Origin: an uncultured Planctomycetaceae bacterium
Lineage (GTDB): Bacteria > Planctomycetota > Planctomycetia > Planctomycetales > Planctomycetaceae
DNA: 64,000 nt
Direction: 5' to 3'
NCBI GenBank assembly: GCA_963813715.1
Contig: CAWFAK010000012.1
Coordinates: forward strand, 399,193 to 463,192
The notes beneath the pieces were generated by a model. That model was not told the DNA's origin, made no database searches, and saw only the letters and a list, made by a program, of their open reading frames with translations. This document shows, one piece after another, positions 43,542 to 54,249 of this stretch. Made by a program: the position numbers and the translations under genes. Each line of letters begins with the position of its first letter. Positions within the stretch are counted from its first letter, which is position 1.

Positions 43542-43607
43542 CACTTCACTTCAAGGACTCCTGCAAAGTCGCTTCCCACGACGGGCTCATCCTTCACCGG
43601 AGGAGTC

Positions 43608-44485
43608 ATGATCCCAGCCATCGGCTACTCGATGTGCGCGGCCGGCCGACGCCCGCTCAATTCGACCGCCAACCGAACCCCACTCGTCACCGCCTGGTCC
43701 CCCGAAGCCCAACCGACCGCCGTTGAAATCGACCTGGATTGCTCGAGCCGCAGCCTGGAAACGCTGTGCGACCTCGAGGGCGAAAGCGTCACGCTGCACG
43801 CCGTCTCCTTGTCGGACGACGCCCATAATCCGACCGACGCTGCCCTCTGCCGCCTGACCGACCTCGCGCGTTGCAGCGGCGCTCAGGCCGTCATCGCCCG
43901 CCTCGATTCCGCGCCGACTGCTTCAACGAGTACGACGGAAACGGTTGCCGCAGGGACCCGCGCCTCAGTTCCCGCGCCCGCGCCTGGAAGACCGAGACGG
44001 CCAACCTCTCCCAGCAAGTCGAATCGGTTCAGACGCGGCTGGGCGAAATTCCCTTCTACCTCGAGTCGACCGTCGAAGCCGAGTGGTTCAAACGCAACAG
44101 CCACGGCAAGCGCGTGCTGCGAAAAGTTCTGGCCGGCACCGGCTGCGGCTGGTTCGTGGATGTGACGGCCATCTACGTCGCCGCGATGAACTCGGCCCAG
44201 GACGCGGCCGACTTGATCGAAGAAGTGCTCCCCTCCGCCGACCGCGTGCAACTGCGGCTCACAGGCGTCTACTTCGACGAGCAAGCCGAACGCTGGATCG
44301 CCAGCGACGCGCATCCGATTCCCGAAGCGGTCTTCGAGCTCTACGCCTTCGTGCTGGAAGTCGCGCTCGAAAAGGTGGACGCCGTCTTCGTGCGGCAAGA
44401 ACCGGCCGACGCCATCCAGCTCAACTCCGAAGCCGAGATCCAGACCGTCCGCGAAATCGCCGAAGGCGTGAGCGCGATCGTGTGA
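43608..44485 (+). CDS. Divergent DUF692 (MNIO/UPF0276)-like protein (frameshift ~43915-43990)
   Basis: GGAGGAG RBS; LHAVSLS, VQTRLG..FYLE, TGCGWFVDVT, HPIPEAVFELY, KVDAVF. Confidence 0.7.
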
Positions 44486-44505
44486 CCCGCGCCGCGGCTC
44501 GCCTC

Positions 44506-47500
44506 TTAACGTTCGAATCGATCGGACGTGTAGGACAATGTCGTTTTCGTGGTCTCACCTTGTTTGATGTCGACGGTCAACTGCTTGTCCAAGAAGCCGG
44601 CCCGTTCGTGCCAGACCCGGAGGGAATATTTGCCCGCCGGAAGGTCCGCAATCTCGAAGGCGCCCGAGTCGTCCGTCACCGCCGCAAAGGGATGGTCGAC
44701 CACAAGCAGCACCGCCCGCATCCGCGGATGCAAGTCGTCCCTGATTTCGAATGGTATTCGTTCCGGCACGAAGTAGGCATCGAACTTTGCCTCCTGTCCG
44801 GGTGCCACCGCCTGATTGATCGTCGGGTTGCGTGACGGAAACAGATGGAAGTTTCCCGGCATCCGGCCGTCATTCCGCAGTGTCAGCGTTTGCCCCACGC
44901 GAGCGATGCCCGCACGCGGAGAAAAGGCCGCGCCATCGGTCCTGAGCAGGAAGGGCTGCTGCGGGACTGCCGCGGCTGTTCCGCTGGGAGCTTGAGGCAA
45001 GTACACAAAGACATCGGCAATTCTCGTCCCGGGAGTTTTTCCCGCCAGCCGCACGAGTCCAATGAAACGACCGACATCGGTTCGAGCCTTCTGCTCAGCG
45101 GTCGCTCCGGCAGTCCGAGTTTCGAGATGCCTGGCGACGGCGCGTGATTCGGTCTGCGTCCGTTTGTCGTTACTGCTCTTCGGCGGCAAACCTTTCGTGA
45201 CACGGAACTCGAGGTCGTATTCCGCCCCTTCGACGACCTTGATCTCGCGCACGACATGGCCAAAACCAGGTCGCACGTCGCCCACGACCCCGAACGGTCC
45301 AGTGCCAGAAACGTAGATCCAATTTGTCCCCGGAGGCAGACGCATCTCGAAGGTCCCGTCCTTCTTGACGTCCGTGCCCTGAATCGAGGCGCCGCTGCGG
45401 GGGCGCGACGGACCGTGCGCGCCGATTGACGCCGTCTCGTCGCCGGTCAGCATTGCGGGCTGGCCGGTGGCGTCATCGATGAGACGACCTTTGATCAGGC
45501 CGCCTTTAATCAGGCGAATCGGTGGTGCCTCGACTGTTTGACTTTGCCGGACCTCGAACGAATCGAGTGCCGCGAACGTCAAACCGGGCGGATTTTTCCG
45601 CAGATAGACGTTGAATTTCCCCGCGGGGAGCGACGTGAGGCGATAGCGTCCGCCCTGGTCAGTCTGGGCCGTCGTCCAGTAGCTATTCGCTTTCCGACTC
45701 TGCTTGTCGATCCCCTGCAACGCCAACGTGAGTCCCGGGGCCGGCCGGCCTGATTCCCCGTCGACGACCAGGCCGGTGATGACCGCGCCCTTTGCCAACT
45801 CAATGTCCATCCGGTCCGGAACCTGTGTGTACGGAATCGGCGTGCCTTCGTAGTCGGGATGCTGAATGACGAGGCCCGGTGGGTTGAGATGCGTGGCAAT
45901 CCGCATTTCGACGGGAACATTCGGCTCGACGAATTTGAACTCCGCCAGGTCATCGATCACGAAGACGCCCCGGGCGTCGGTCATCGAGCAGCGAATTCCC
46001 GGAATCGGCTTCTGCAAACAAAACTGATCGAACCACGGAAAGACGAGCGCTCCGGTGACGGGTTGGCCTTGCTGGTTCTTGACGACCCCTTTGAGGGTTG
46101 CCGCCTTCCCCAGCTTGATTTCGTCACAGTCGCGTCGCCGCCATACAGCCCGCAACTCTGTCGCGAGTCCCTTGGAGCGGAAGACGAGGGTGTAATATCC
46201 TTCCCCTGGTTTCCTCGGGAGCGAAACGTGACGAAAGACGAATTGCCCAGCATCGTTCGTCGTCATCCGCTCCATGAACCGCTGGCCGTCGCCAACGCCG
46301 ACTTGATACAAGTCGACTTGAACGCCTGAAATCGGCTTTTCTTCTCTGTCGAGGCACGTTCCGCCGAGGTCGTCCGGCCCGGGTCGGAGTTCCGCCGTCT
46401 TTGGCGGCTCGGTTGCGGCCGGTCGTGCATCGGTCCGCGTCGGCGCCGACTCGACGTTCGGCGGCCTCACGGAGACGCTTGCCGCGATCAGGCTGAGAAC
46501 GGCGAGGACCGCAACTACGGCGGCTCGAACGCGGCCGGAGCAGTGGAGAGTGATGGCATCGGCTTGATTGAGAATCGTCGAGATTCGCAGCGCGAAGCCT
46601 GACGGGCGCTCCCAGATTCCGACGGCGTTCGACACGACGATTCGCCGCACGCCGGCCAGGTCCCGCGCCCAGGCGACAAGTTGCGCGGCATAGTCGGCGG
46701 GTCCAATCAGCGAGGCCGCGGCCGCGTCGGCCAGGAATTCTTGATCCTGCCGGATGCGTCGGCGCAGCCACCAGTAAACCGGATGCGCCGAAAGGAGCGG
46801 GAACAGGCAGCGATCGAGAGCCAACAGCCACAAGTCGCCGTTGCAAATGTGGGCCCACTCGTGACCCAGCACGGCGCGCAACTCACCGCACGGCGAATTT
46901 TCGGCAAAGTGCGCCGGCAGCACGATCGTCGGCCGGAGCGCGCCTGTCGCCACCGGCGTCACGAGCCGGGCATTGAGCCGCAATCGAGGCAAGCGGGCTC
47001 CCTCGCCGACAATCGCCCGCAATTCGTCGACCAGTGTGGGAGGAGCCGTGAGACTTTTCCGGATCAATCGCGACGCCTGCCAGGCTCCAACCGCCAGGCG
47101 AGCCGCCATCAAGACGGCACCGGTGAGAAATAGAAGGACGGCGTCACCAACAATCGTTCCTGTATCAATTCCGGCACCGGGCGGATTCTCGACGGCGATT
47201 GCAGGCTGGGAAACAACGTCGGTCGGCGGCTCTGGATCCGCCTGGTGCGGCGGATCGATTTGCTGTTCGGGAGCGGGCTGCTCGGACGCGAACGGAATCG
47301 CGGAAACCGGCGGCTCAGGGGCTTGTCGTTCTGCTGCCTCGACTGGGACAGCCGGCCGTTCCTCGCGAGCGAAGAGTTGCGCGGATCGATGCGCGGACGC
47401 GACGCCAAGAGACAGAAGACGGCTGCCACCAGCAAGCTGACAAGCGTGCCCCAAGCGAGGGCCATCCGCCGCGCCGGCTGTTTGATCAAGCACAGGGCAG

Positions 47501-47582
47501 CGCCCGCCAGCACGAGGAGGATCGTCGCCGCCAGGTAAAAGTCGGCCAGCCACAGGGCGATTGCATCGAGCCAGGGCGTCAT
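44506..47582 (-). CDS. BlaR1/M56 peptidase with carboxypeptidase-regulatory-like extracellular repeats (frameshift ~47380)
   Basis: N-terminal TM, RPTIVLP, LGHEWAHI, HPVYWWL..QEFLAD; TD..G.F/Y repeats. Confidence 0.85.
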
Positions 47583-47989
47583 GTTTCGGGCCCTTTCTTG
47601 CGCGACGGTCGGGTTCGCTTGCGGGCCTCGGCGATCATCGCGTCGAGGCGGGCAAGCTCCGCTTCTTTGAGTCTGCGCGAACCGAGCACGTGGACCAGGT
47701 ATTCGTCGACGGCCCCGTCGAAGACTTTGTCGAGGAAGCCCCCCGCCAGTTTACGGACCGTCGGCTCGCGGCCGACCTTCGCGAAATAGGCGTAGGCCTT
47801 GCCGACGCGCTTGTGGCCCACCAGCCCCTTCTGCTCCATCACCTGCAACAGGCTCAAGACGGTCGTGTAGGCCAGGTCGTTCTCGGCCGCCGTCATCTCG
47901 CGCCACACATCGCGGACGGTCGCCTCGCGGCGCTGCCAGAGCACTTTGAGGGCCTCGAGCTCACGATCGGTGGGGACAAGATCGGCCAT
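47579..47989 (-). CDS. BlaI/MecI/CopY family repressor
   Basis: RELEALKVLW, LAYTTVLSLLQVMEQKGLV, FDGA. Confidence 0.93.
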   Translation of the reverse strand: MADLVPTDRELEALKVLWQRREATVRDVWREMTAAENDLAYTTVLSLLQVMEQKGLVGHKRVGKAYAYFAKVGREPTVRKLAGGFLDKVFDGAVDEYLVHVLGSRRLKEAELARLDAMIAEARKRTRPSRKKGPET

Positions 47990-48016
47990 CTGAGGTCCTA
48001 TTGCTTCGGGGCGTCC

Positions 48017-48064
48017 TACTGGTTGAACAGTAGATCAAGCGACAATGATACTGGTCGACCAGTA
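48017..48064. promoter_or_regulatory. Tandem BlaI-type operators
   Basis: TACTGGTTGAACAGTA (48017-48032) and perfect palindrome TACTGGTCGACCAGTA (48049-48064). Confidence 0.75.
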
Positions 48065-48114
48065 GATTGCAAGAGCGCGCGTAAAAGAAACACATTCGAA
48101 AGAAATGAAGAGAA

Positions 48115-48144
48115 GAACCGGCGGGCTGACACCCGCCGCTCGCC
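48115..48144. repeat. REP-like hairpin
   Basis: GAACCGGCGGGCTGACACCCGCCGCTCGCC; GGCGGG/CCCGCC stem. Confidence 0.45.
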
Positions 48145-48172
48145 CGCGGGTGCGTCAGTTCTTGCACGCGTC

Positions 48173-48742
48173 TCAGTTCTTCTCGTCAGCGGCGAGCTTG
48201 ATCACTTTCACGGCGCCGTTGCTCTCGAGCTTCTTGCCGAATGAGAGTTCGACCTTGGTGGACACGTCGAAGCCGGGAACGCCGACCATGGGGGGCGAGC
48301 TATAGCCCGCGCCTCCCTTCGTGACCACGAACCGCACAATCTTGCCGTCCTTCACCTCGGCGTAGGCTTGGGCCGGCTTCGTGGGCCACATCTCGCCGCG
48401 GCTCCGCACGTAGCGGTAGTAGTTGGAAACTTCGTCGAGCCGATCGTTGGTGACGCCGTGCGGGCCGAGCGCGTCCATCAGTGCTTCTTTGTTTTGACGC
48501 ACTTGCTCGGGCGCAGGCCGCGAGCCGGCCGGTGCGGGCCGGACGTGGCTGAACGCCTCGCGAAAAACGTCGGACGACACACCCAGGGCGGCCGCGATCA
48601 GCACGACGGGCCGGCCCCGATCGCGTCGATCGGTGTCGTGGCCGCCCGAAAATTTTGCAGGCACGCGGGTCATCGAAGGATCTTGATCCGAGTGGGCGAG
48701 CGAGCAGGAACTCGCGAAGAAGAGACAAATGAACGCAGCCAT
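48173..48742 (-). CDS. Hypothetical exported protein
   Basis: Signal-like N-terminus; GGHDTD.RD.GRPVVLIAAALG, RLDEVSNYYRY, GAGYSSPP; start uncertain. Confidence 0.7.
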   Translation of the reverse strand: MAAFICLFFASSCSLAHSDQDPSMTRVPAKFSGGHDTDRRDRGRPVVLIAAALGVSSDVFREAFSHVRPAPAGSRPAPEQVRQNKEALMDALGPHGVTNDRLDEVSNYYRYVRSRGEMWPTKPAQAYAEVKDGKIVRFVVTKGGAGYSSPPMVGVPGFDVSTKVELSFGKKLESNGAVKVIKLAADEKN

Positions 48743-48772
48743 TGGCAAACGTCGCACGGGAGCACGCATTCC

Positions 48773-50083
48773 TTACAGATAGTCGTTGACGATGTTTTCC
48801 AGCATTTCCTGCCGGCCGCTTTCGTTGGCGGCCGCGTTGCCCTTTTCGAGCATGTATTTTTCCAGGCTGGCGAAGCTGGCCGTGCCGTCCTCGATCTGCT
48901 TGCCGATGCCCGCGTCGTAGCTCTTGTAGCGGTTCTTGACGAAGTCGGTCAGCACGCCGTCGGCCCGCATGCGGGCGGCGATCTTCAAGCCGCGGGCGAA
49001 CGCGTCCATGCCGCCGATGTGCGAGTGGAACAGGTCGATCGGCTCAAAGCTCTCGCGCCGCACCTTCGCGTCGAAGTTGACGCCGCCGGGCGCCAGGCCC
49101 CCCTGCCCCAGAATCACCAGCATGCACTGCGTGGTGAGATAGATGTCGGTCGGGAACTGATCCGTGTCCCAGCCGAGGAGCATGTCCCCCGTGTTGGCAT
49201 CGATGCTGCCCAAGGCGCCTTGAATCGACGCGTAGACCAGCTCGTGCATCATCGTGTGGCCGGCGAGCGTCGCGTGATTGGTCTCGATGTTGAGCTTCAC
49301 GTGCTCCTTGAGGTCGTACTGCCGAATGAAATTGAGGCAGGCCGCCGCGTCGAAATCGTACTGGTGCTTGGTCGGCTCTTTCGGCTTGGGCTCGAACAGG
49401 AACTGCCCGCGAAAGCCGATCGACTTGGCGTAATCGACGGCCAGGTGCATGAACCGAGCCAGGTGATCCAGCTCGCGTTTCATGTCTGTGTTGTAGAGGT
49501 TCTGATACCCCTCGCGGCCGCCCCAGAAGACGTAGTTGCCGCCGCCCAGTTCTTGCGTGGCCGCGATCGCCCGCTTCACCTGGGCTGCCGCGTAAGCGAA
49601 GACGTCGGCGTTGCAGCTCGTGGCCGCTCCGTGCAGATAGCGGGGATGCGAAAAGAGGTTGGCCGTCCCCCAGAGCAATTTCACGCCCGTGCGGTCCTGC
49701 GCACTTTTGAGATGCGGGATGATCGCCTCGAAGTTGCGATTGGCCTCCGCCAACGTCGGCCCGTCCGGCGCGACGTCCCGATCGTGAAAGCAATAAAAGG
49801 GCGCGCCCAATTTAGAGATGAACTCAAAGGCCGCATCGACTCGCCGCTTCGCGTTGTCGAGCGATTCGCTGCCGTCGTCCCAAGGCCGCTGCAAGGTCGG
49901 CGCGCCAAACGGATCGGCCCCGGTCGCCCGGAACGTGTGCCAATAACAAACACTGAACCGCAGATGGTCACGGAGCGTTTTGCCTTCAACCACCTCGTCG
50001 GCGTTGTAGTGCTTGAACGCCAGCGGATTCTTGCTCTTGGGCCCCTCGTAGGGGACCTTGCCGACTTGGGGAAAGTAATCCAT
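48773..50083 (-). CDS. xylA: Xylose isomerase (class II)
   Basis: CYWHTF, FHDRD, FWGGREG, EPKPKEP, NIETNHA, GWDTD, NFDAK. Confidence 0.97.
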   Translation of the reverse strand: MDYFPQVGKVPYEGPKSKNPLAFKHYNADEVVEGKTLRDHLRFSVCYWHTFRATGADPFGAPTLQRPWDDGSESLDNAKRRVDAAFEFISKLGAPFYCFHDRDVAPDGPTLAEANRNFEAIIPHLKSAQDRTGVKLLWGTANLFSHPRYLHGAATSCNADVFAYAAAQVKRAIAATQELGGGNYVFWGGREGYQNLYNTDMKRELDHLARFMHLAVDYAKSIGFRGQFLFEPKPKEPTKHQYDFDAAACLNFIRQYDLKEHVKLNIETNHATLAGHTMMHELVYASIQGALGSIDANTGDMLLGWDTDQFPTDIYLTTQCMLVILGQGGLAPGGVNFDAKVRRESFEPIDLFHSHIGGMDAFARGLKIAARMRADGVLTDFVKNRYKSYDAGIGKQIEDGTASFASLEKYMLEKGNAAANESGRQEMLENIVNDYL

Positions 50084-50278
50084 GGATGTCGAACCTGAGA
50101 TGTCTAACTGGGGGGATGTCCAACTGAGTTGTCGACCAACGGGGAAAGCCGGCCGCTTCCACGCGTTCGCTCGTTATACCACGACCATGTCGCGAGGACG
50201 ACGAACCGGAAACTGCGCGGGGCTCTCGCCGCGCAGGTGTTGCGCGGCTGGCCGCGCCAATCACGCCGCCCGACGCGA

Positions 50279-51100
50279 ATGAACATTCCGTCAGAAACGC
50301 CCGACAACATCGTCGAGATCACCAGGCTGTTGCTCGCGGCCGGCGCCGACGTGAATTCCGAATCCGACGCCTACGGCGGCCGATCGACAGCGCTCGGTCT
50401 GACAGCCACGAGTTGGCATCCCGAGAAGGCCGGCGTCCAGCTCAAGCTCCTGGAGCTGCTGATCGAGCACGGCGCCGTGATCGATGGCCCCGAGGGAGGC
50501 AGCGCGGTCAATGGCTGCCTGCATAACGGGCGGGGGAAAGCAGCCGAATTCCTGGCGACTCACGGTGCGCGGTTGGACCTGGAAGGGGCCGCCGGAGTCG
50601 GACGTCTCGACGTCGTCAAGAGTTTCTTCAACGACGACGGCAGTCTGCTTCCGCCGGCAACACAAAATCAAATGCAGGCCGGCTTCGCCTGGGCATGTGA
50701 ATTCGGTCGAACCGACGTCGTCGAATTCCTGCTCGAGCGCGGAATCGAGGTGAGCGCGGCGGCCGAACCGCTGGGGGAAGCGACCGGTCTGCATTGGGCC
50801 GCGTTCGAAGGACACGCCGACATCGTTCGCCTGCTGCTCGAGCACGGCGCGCCGGTCGTCATGAAAGATCGACGGCACGACGGGACGCCGTTGGAATGGG
50901 CCCTCTACGGCTGGACCAACTCTCGTCACAAAGCCGTACCCACCGACGGCTACGAAGTGGTCTCGCTCTTGGTCCGCGCCGGCGCAAAACCGGATCCGCA
51001 ATGGTTTGAGGCGGTCGAGAACCGTCACTCGGTCGCGAAGGCGATTCAGTCCGACCCGCGGATGATGGCCGCGCTGCGTGGTGAGCGATCGTCGTTTTGA
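50279..51100 (+). pseudogene. Ankyrin-repeat protein, probably 5'-truncated
   Basis: LLLAAGADVN, TGLHWAAFEGHADIVRLLLEHGA, TPLEWA; ORF begins mid-repeat without an RBS. Confidence 0.6.
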
Positions 51101-51101
51101 T

Positions 51102-53395
51102 CTACAGCTTGGAAACATCCCAGATGAGACACGTGCCGTCGGACATGCCCGAGATCAATCGCTTGCCGTCGGGAGTAAAGACCATCGTCTTGACGCGATT
51201 GGCGAGCGGCCGCGCAAATCGCTTAAGCAGCCGGCCGGTGTGCAGGTCCCACAGCCGGATCGACTGCTTTTCGGTGCCATGGTCTTCGCCGCCGACTGAG
51301 GCCGAAGCCAGCACGCGCTTGTCGAGAGAAATCGCGAGCACGTTGCCGATAAAGCCCTCGGCCTCCCTCGGAAGGTCGACTTGACCGACTTGGGTCCCCA
51401 GCGAGAGATCCCACAGCGTGGCAACGGGGCTCGACCAAAGGCTCATCGCGGCCAACGAGCCGTCATCGGCGATCGCGGCGGCACACACCTCGTGGGATCG
51501 CAGACGAGCATCCGCGGCCGGCGCTGCACTCTCGTGTCGCAGTTCTCCCCTGCCGACGTCCCAGCTGCTGACCTTTCTGCCTTCCGCGACGACGCTGACA
51601 CTCGCCCCGTTGGTGGAAAAGGCAAGGGCTTTGACGTAGCCGCCGAGCTTGATTCGCTGTCGCTCCGCGCCCGTTTTCGCATCGACAATCAAGAGCGTGC
51701 GGCCGCGAGGCGGCTGTTTCCCACCGGCGCCCCGTTTAAAGTTGTCATCCAAAAAGAACTCTCTGAAGTTGCTCGTGGCGATGGCCAAGCGGCTCCCATC
51801 GTGCGAAAAGGCGACGCCGGACACTTCGACGTCCGGCGCAATTCGAGTCGGACGGCACCGCTCTCGACATCCCAGATCTGCACAATGCCGGTGTTCTGTC
51901 CATCCTTGGAGTTTGGCCCTCCCGCGACGATCGACTTTCCGTCAGGAGAAAAGGCGACCGAGCGCACCTCGCATGGGAACTCGTCGCCGATCACGAACGT
52001 GCGAAGCGTCTTGCCGGTGGCGCTGTCCCAGAGGCGAACCGTGCCGTCTCGGCCTCCGCCCGTCACGATCCGCGTTCCGTCGGGCGAGCAGGCCAGCCCG
52101 GCGATGGATTCCGCATGCGAGTCGCAAAAGTCCGGCGTGGGCCGACCCGTCGCCGCATCCCAGATCGTGACGGTATGGAGCGGGGCGTTCACCGACGCGA
52201 TCCGCGTGGCGTCGGGCGAGATCGCGAGCGAGGTGCCGCTGAATGCCCATGAGTCGTGAATCGGTTTGTCGCGTGCCGGCGCGGGCAGCCAGAAGTTCGC
52301 AATCCGTTGCTTGACCTGGCCTGTGGGAACGTCCCAGACGAGGAGCGAATTTTTCTGCCGCGACGCAAGCGTGTGGCCGTCCCGGGACAGGGCCGCCGTG
52401 CACGCTCCGGTTTCCGGTGGCGTATGGGTGAAGTCGCGGACCACCTTGCCCGTCGCCACGTCCCAGATCCGCATCCGGGGATCGCACTGGACCCAATCCG
52501 GCTTGCCCGGAACCGGGCGGTATTCCGAATCGCCTGCTGAAAAAAGAGTTTTTCCATCGAGCCCGAAGGCGAGGTTGAGGATTTCCTGTTCGTGTGCATG
52601 CTCGATCTTGCCAACCGCGGCGCCGGTTTCCGCGTTCAAGAGACGGATGTCGCCGTTGACGCTGTAAGCCAGCAGCTTGCCGTCGGGAGAAAACGCCAAC
52701 GATTGGATCCCGCCAGCACGTTTCCCTAAATCGACCAGCAGCCGCCGGCGTCCACTGTTGTCGGCATCCCACAAGCGAATGGCGCCCCTGAAGCCGGCCG
52801 CCGCGAAATGGCGTCCGTCGGGAGCAAAGGCGATGGCCACGGGGCCCTGTTGTTCTTGCCCCTCTGACGCTTCCCTCAATTCCAGTCCCGAGCCGACGTC
52901 CCAGAGTTGCACTCCTCCGCGCCTACAGACGGCAGCCAGCCGCGCGCCATTCGGCGAGAACACGGCCCTTTGGGGCGGATTGGTGACCGACCCGAGCAAC
53001 GTCCGCATCAGCCGGCCGGTCTGCACGTCCCACAATTGAATCCCGGGATCGAGCGAGGCGACCGTCGCCAGTGTCTGGCTATTCGGAGAGAACGCGACGC
53101 TCAGAACGTTGCTGGCATGCCTCAGCCGAATCGTCCCCAGCCTCAACACGGCACCGGCCGGCAACGGATCGCCAAACAGATCCCGGGCCGTGCCGGCACT
53201 CGCGTCCGGCTGTGCGTGGTCGCCCGTGTCACGACGGTTGGATTTGTCAGCAGGCCCGGCCAACAGACATCGCGAGGAAGAACTCGCGAGCACCAGGAAG
53301 GCAGCGCCCAGGCACAACAGGATCGCGGCCCGACAACTCCACCCCCGACAAAGCACGCGCCGCAGCAGTTCAACCGACGGAAGCTTGATCATCAC
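51102..53395 (-). CDS. Secreted WD40-repeat protein (frameshift ~51835)
   Basis: DLFGDPLPAGAVLRLG start motif, many FSPDG..LWD..TG repeats. Confidence 0.85.
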
Positions 53396-53775
53396 CGAAC
53401 CCTAGCACTGTTGGTGCTCATGCCAGAGCGGCACCTCGAGGAGCGTTCCGAAAGCGAGATGGGTGCGATTTCTTATACCAATTTTTCCGCGGCTCCCGCT
53501 GACAGTCTCTGGGCGCCGGCTTGGGGGACAGTCGCAAGCACTTTTCGACGGAAGCGCGCCGGTGCCGTAGAAAGTTTCGAGTTGGTTCTGCGCCGTAGAA
53601 CCTCCGTCTTCCCGAAGGTGACTTCGGCGCCGTAACTTGAATGGATCCGGCTGACGGTCGGCGGCGGTCGGTCAACTTCGAGCCGGGGAAGCATCCCCGG
53701 CGGGGACGAAAAAGATCCCCGGCGGTGATGGGGTCCTTTTTCACTAAGGGGGTGATCTTCATCCCCGGTAACGCT

Positions 53776-54249
53776 GGACAGACTTTGTACACGGAGGGAC
53801 GGTGGAGGGACGGGACGGGATTTTGAACAAGGACAAGAACGGGACGGGACGGCACACGAACCACGGGACGGAAGTCCGGTCTCATCTGGTCCGGTTTCAT
53901 CTGGTCCGGGTCTGGTCCGGTCCGGTCACGACGGAGAGGGGACCGGAAAACGGGACGGGACCTAAAGGTCCTTCATCGTGTCCCAATGTGCGGAGCTACG
54001 GTCTAGCGGGCGTAAGACTCGACCTCCAAATACGTTACGCGATCCCAACGCAGAGCGGGACACGGGACGGGACAAGTTCAGGAGATTGGGACAAGTCGCT
54101 AAGACCCGGGCGGACCCCCAAGGTCCGGACACTTTCTCGGAAAGGGGACCTGACGGGTCCGGACAATTTCTTAATTGGGACAAGCCCGGGACAAACCTCC
54201 GATCAAGCTGCTTTTCAGTCCGGACGCTCTTATCGGGACGGGACCGGAT
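53776..54249. repeat. Dense GGGAC/GGAC-GTCC short-motif array, intergenic
   Basis: About 18 GGGAC and about 34 GGA on + strand, a TCTGGTCCGG tandem block, three GTCCGGAC palindromes. Confidence 0.8.

Noticed and set aside
43575..43585. Guanidine-II (mini-ykkC) ACGA-loop hairpin
   Set aside because: Only one ACGA, and it lacks the closing G-C pair and the second hairpin
53776..54249. CRISPR array
   Set aside because: No 23-47 bp constant repeat, irregular spacing, no cas genes
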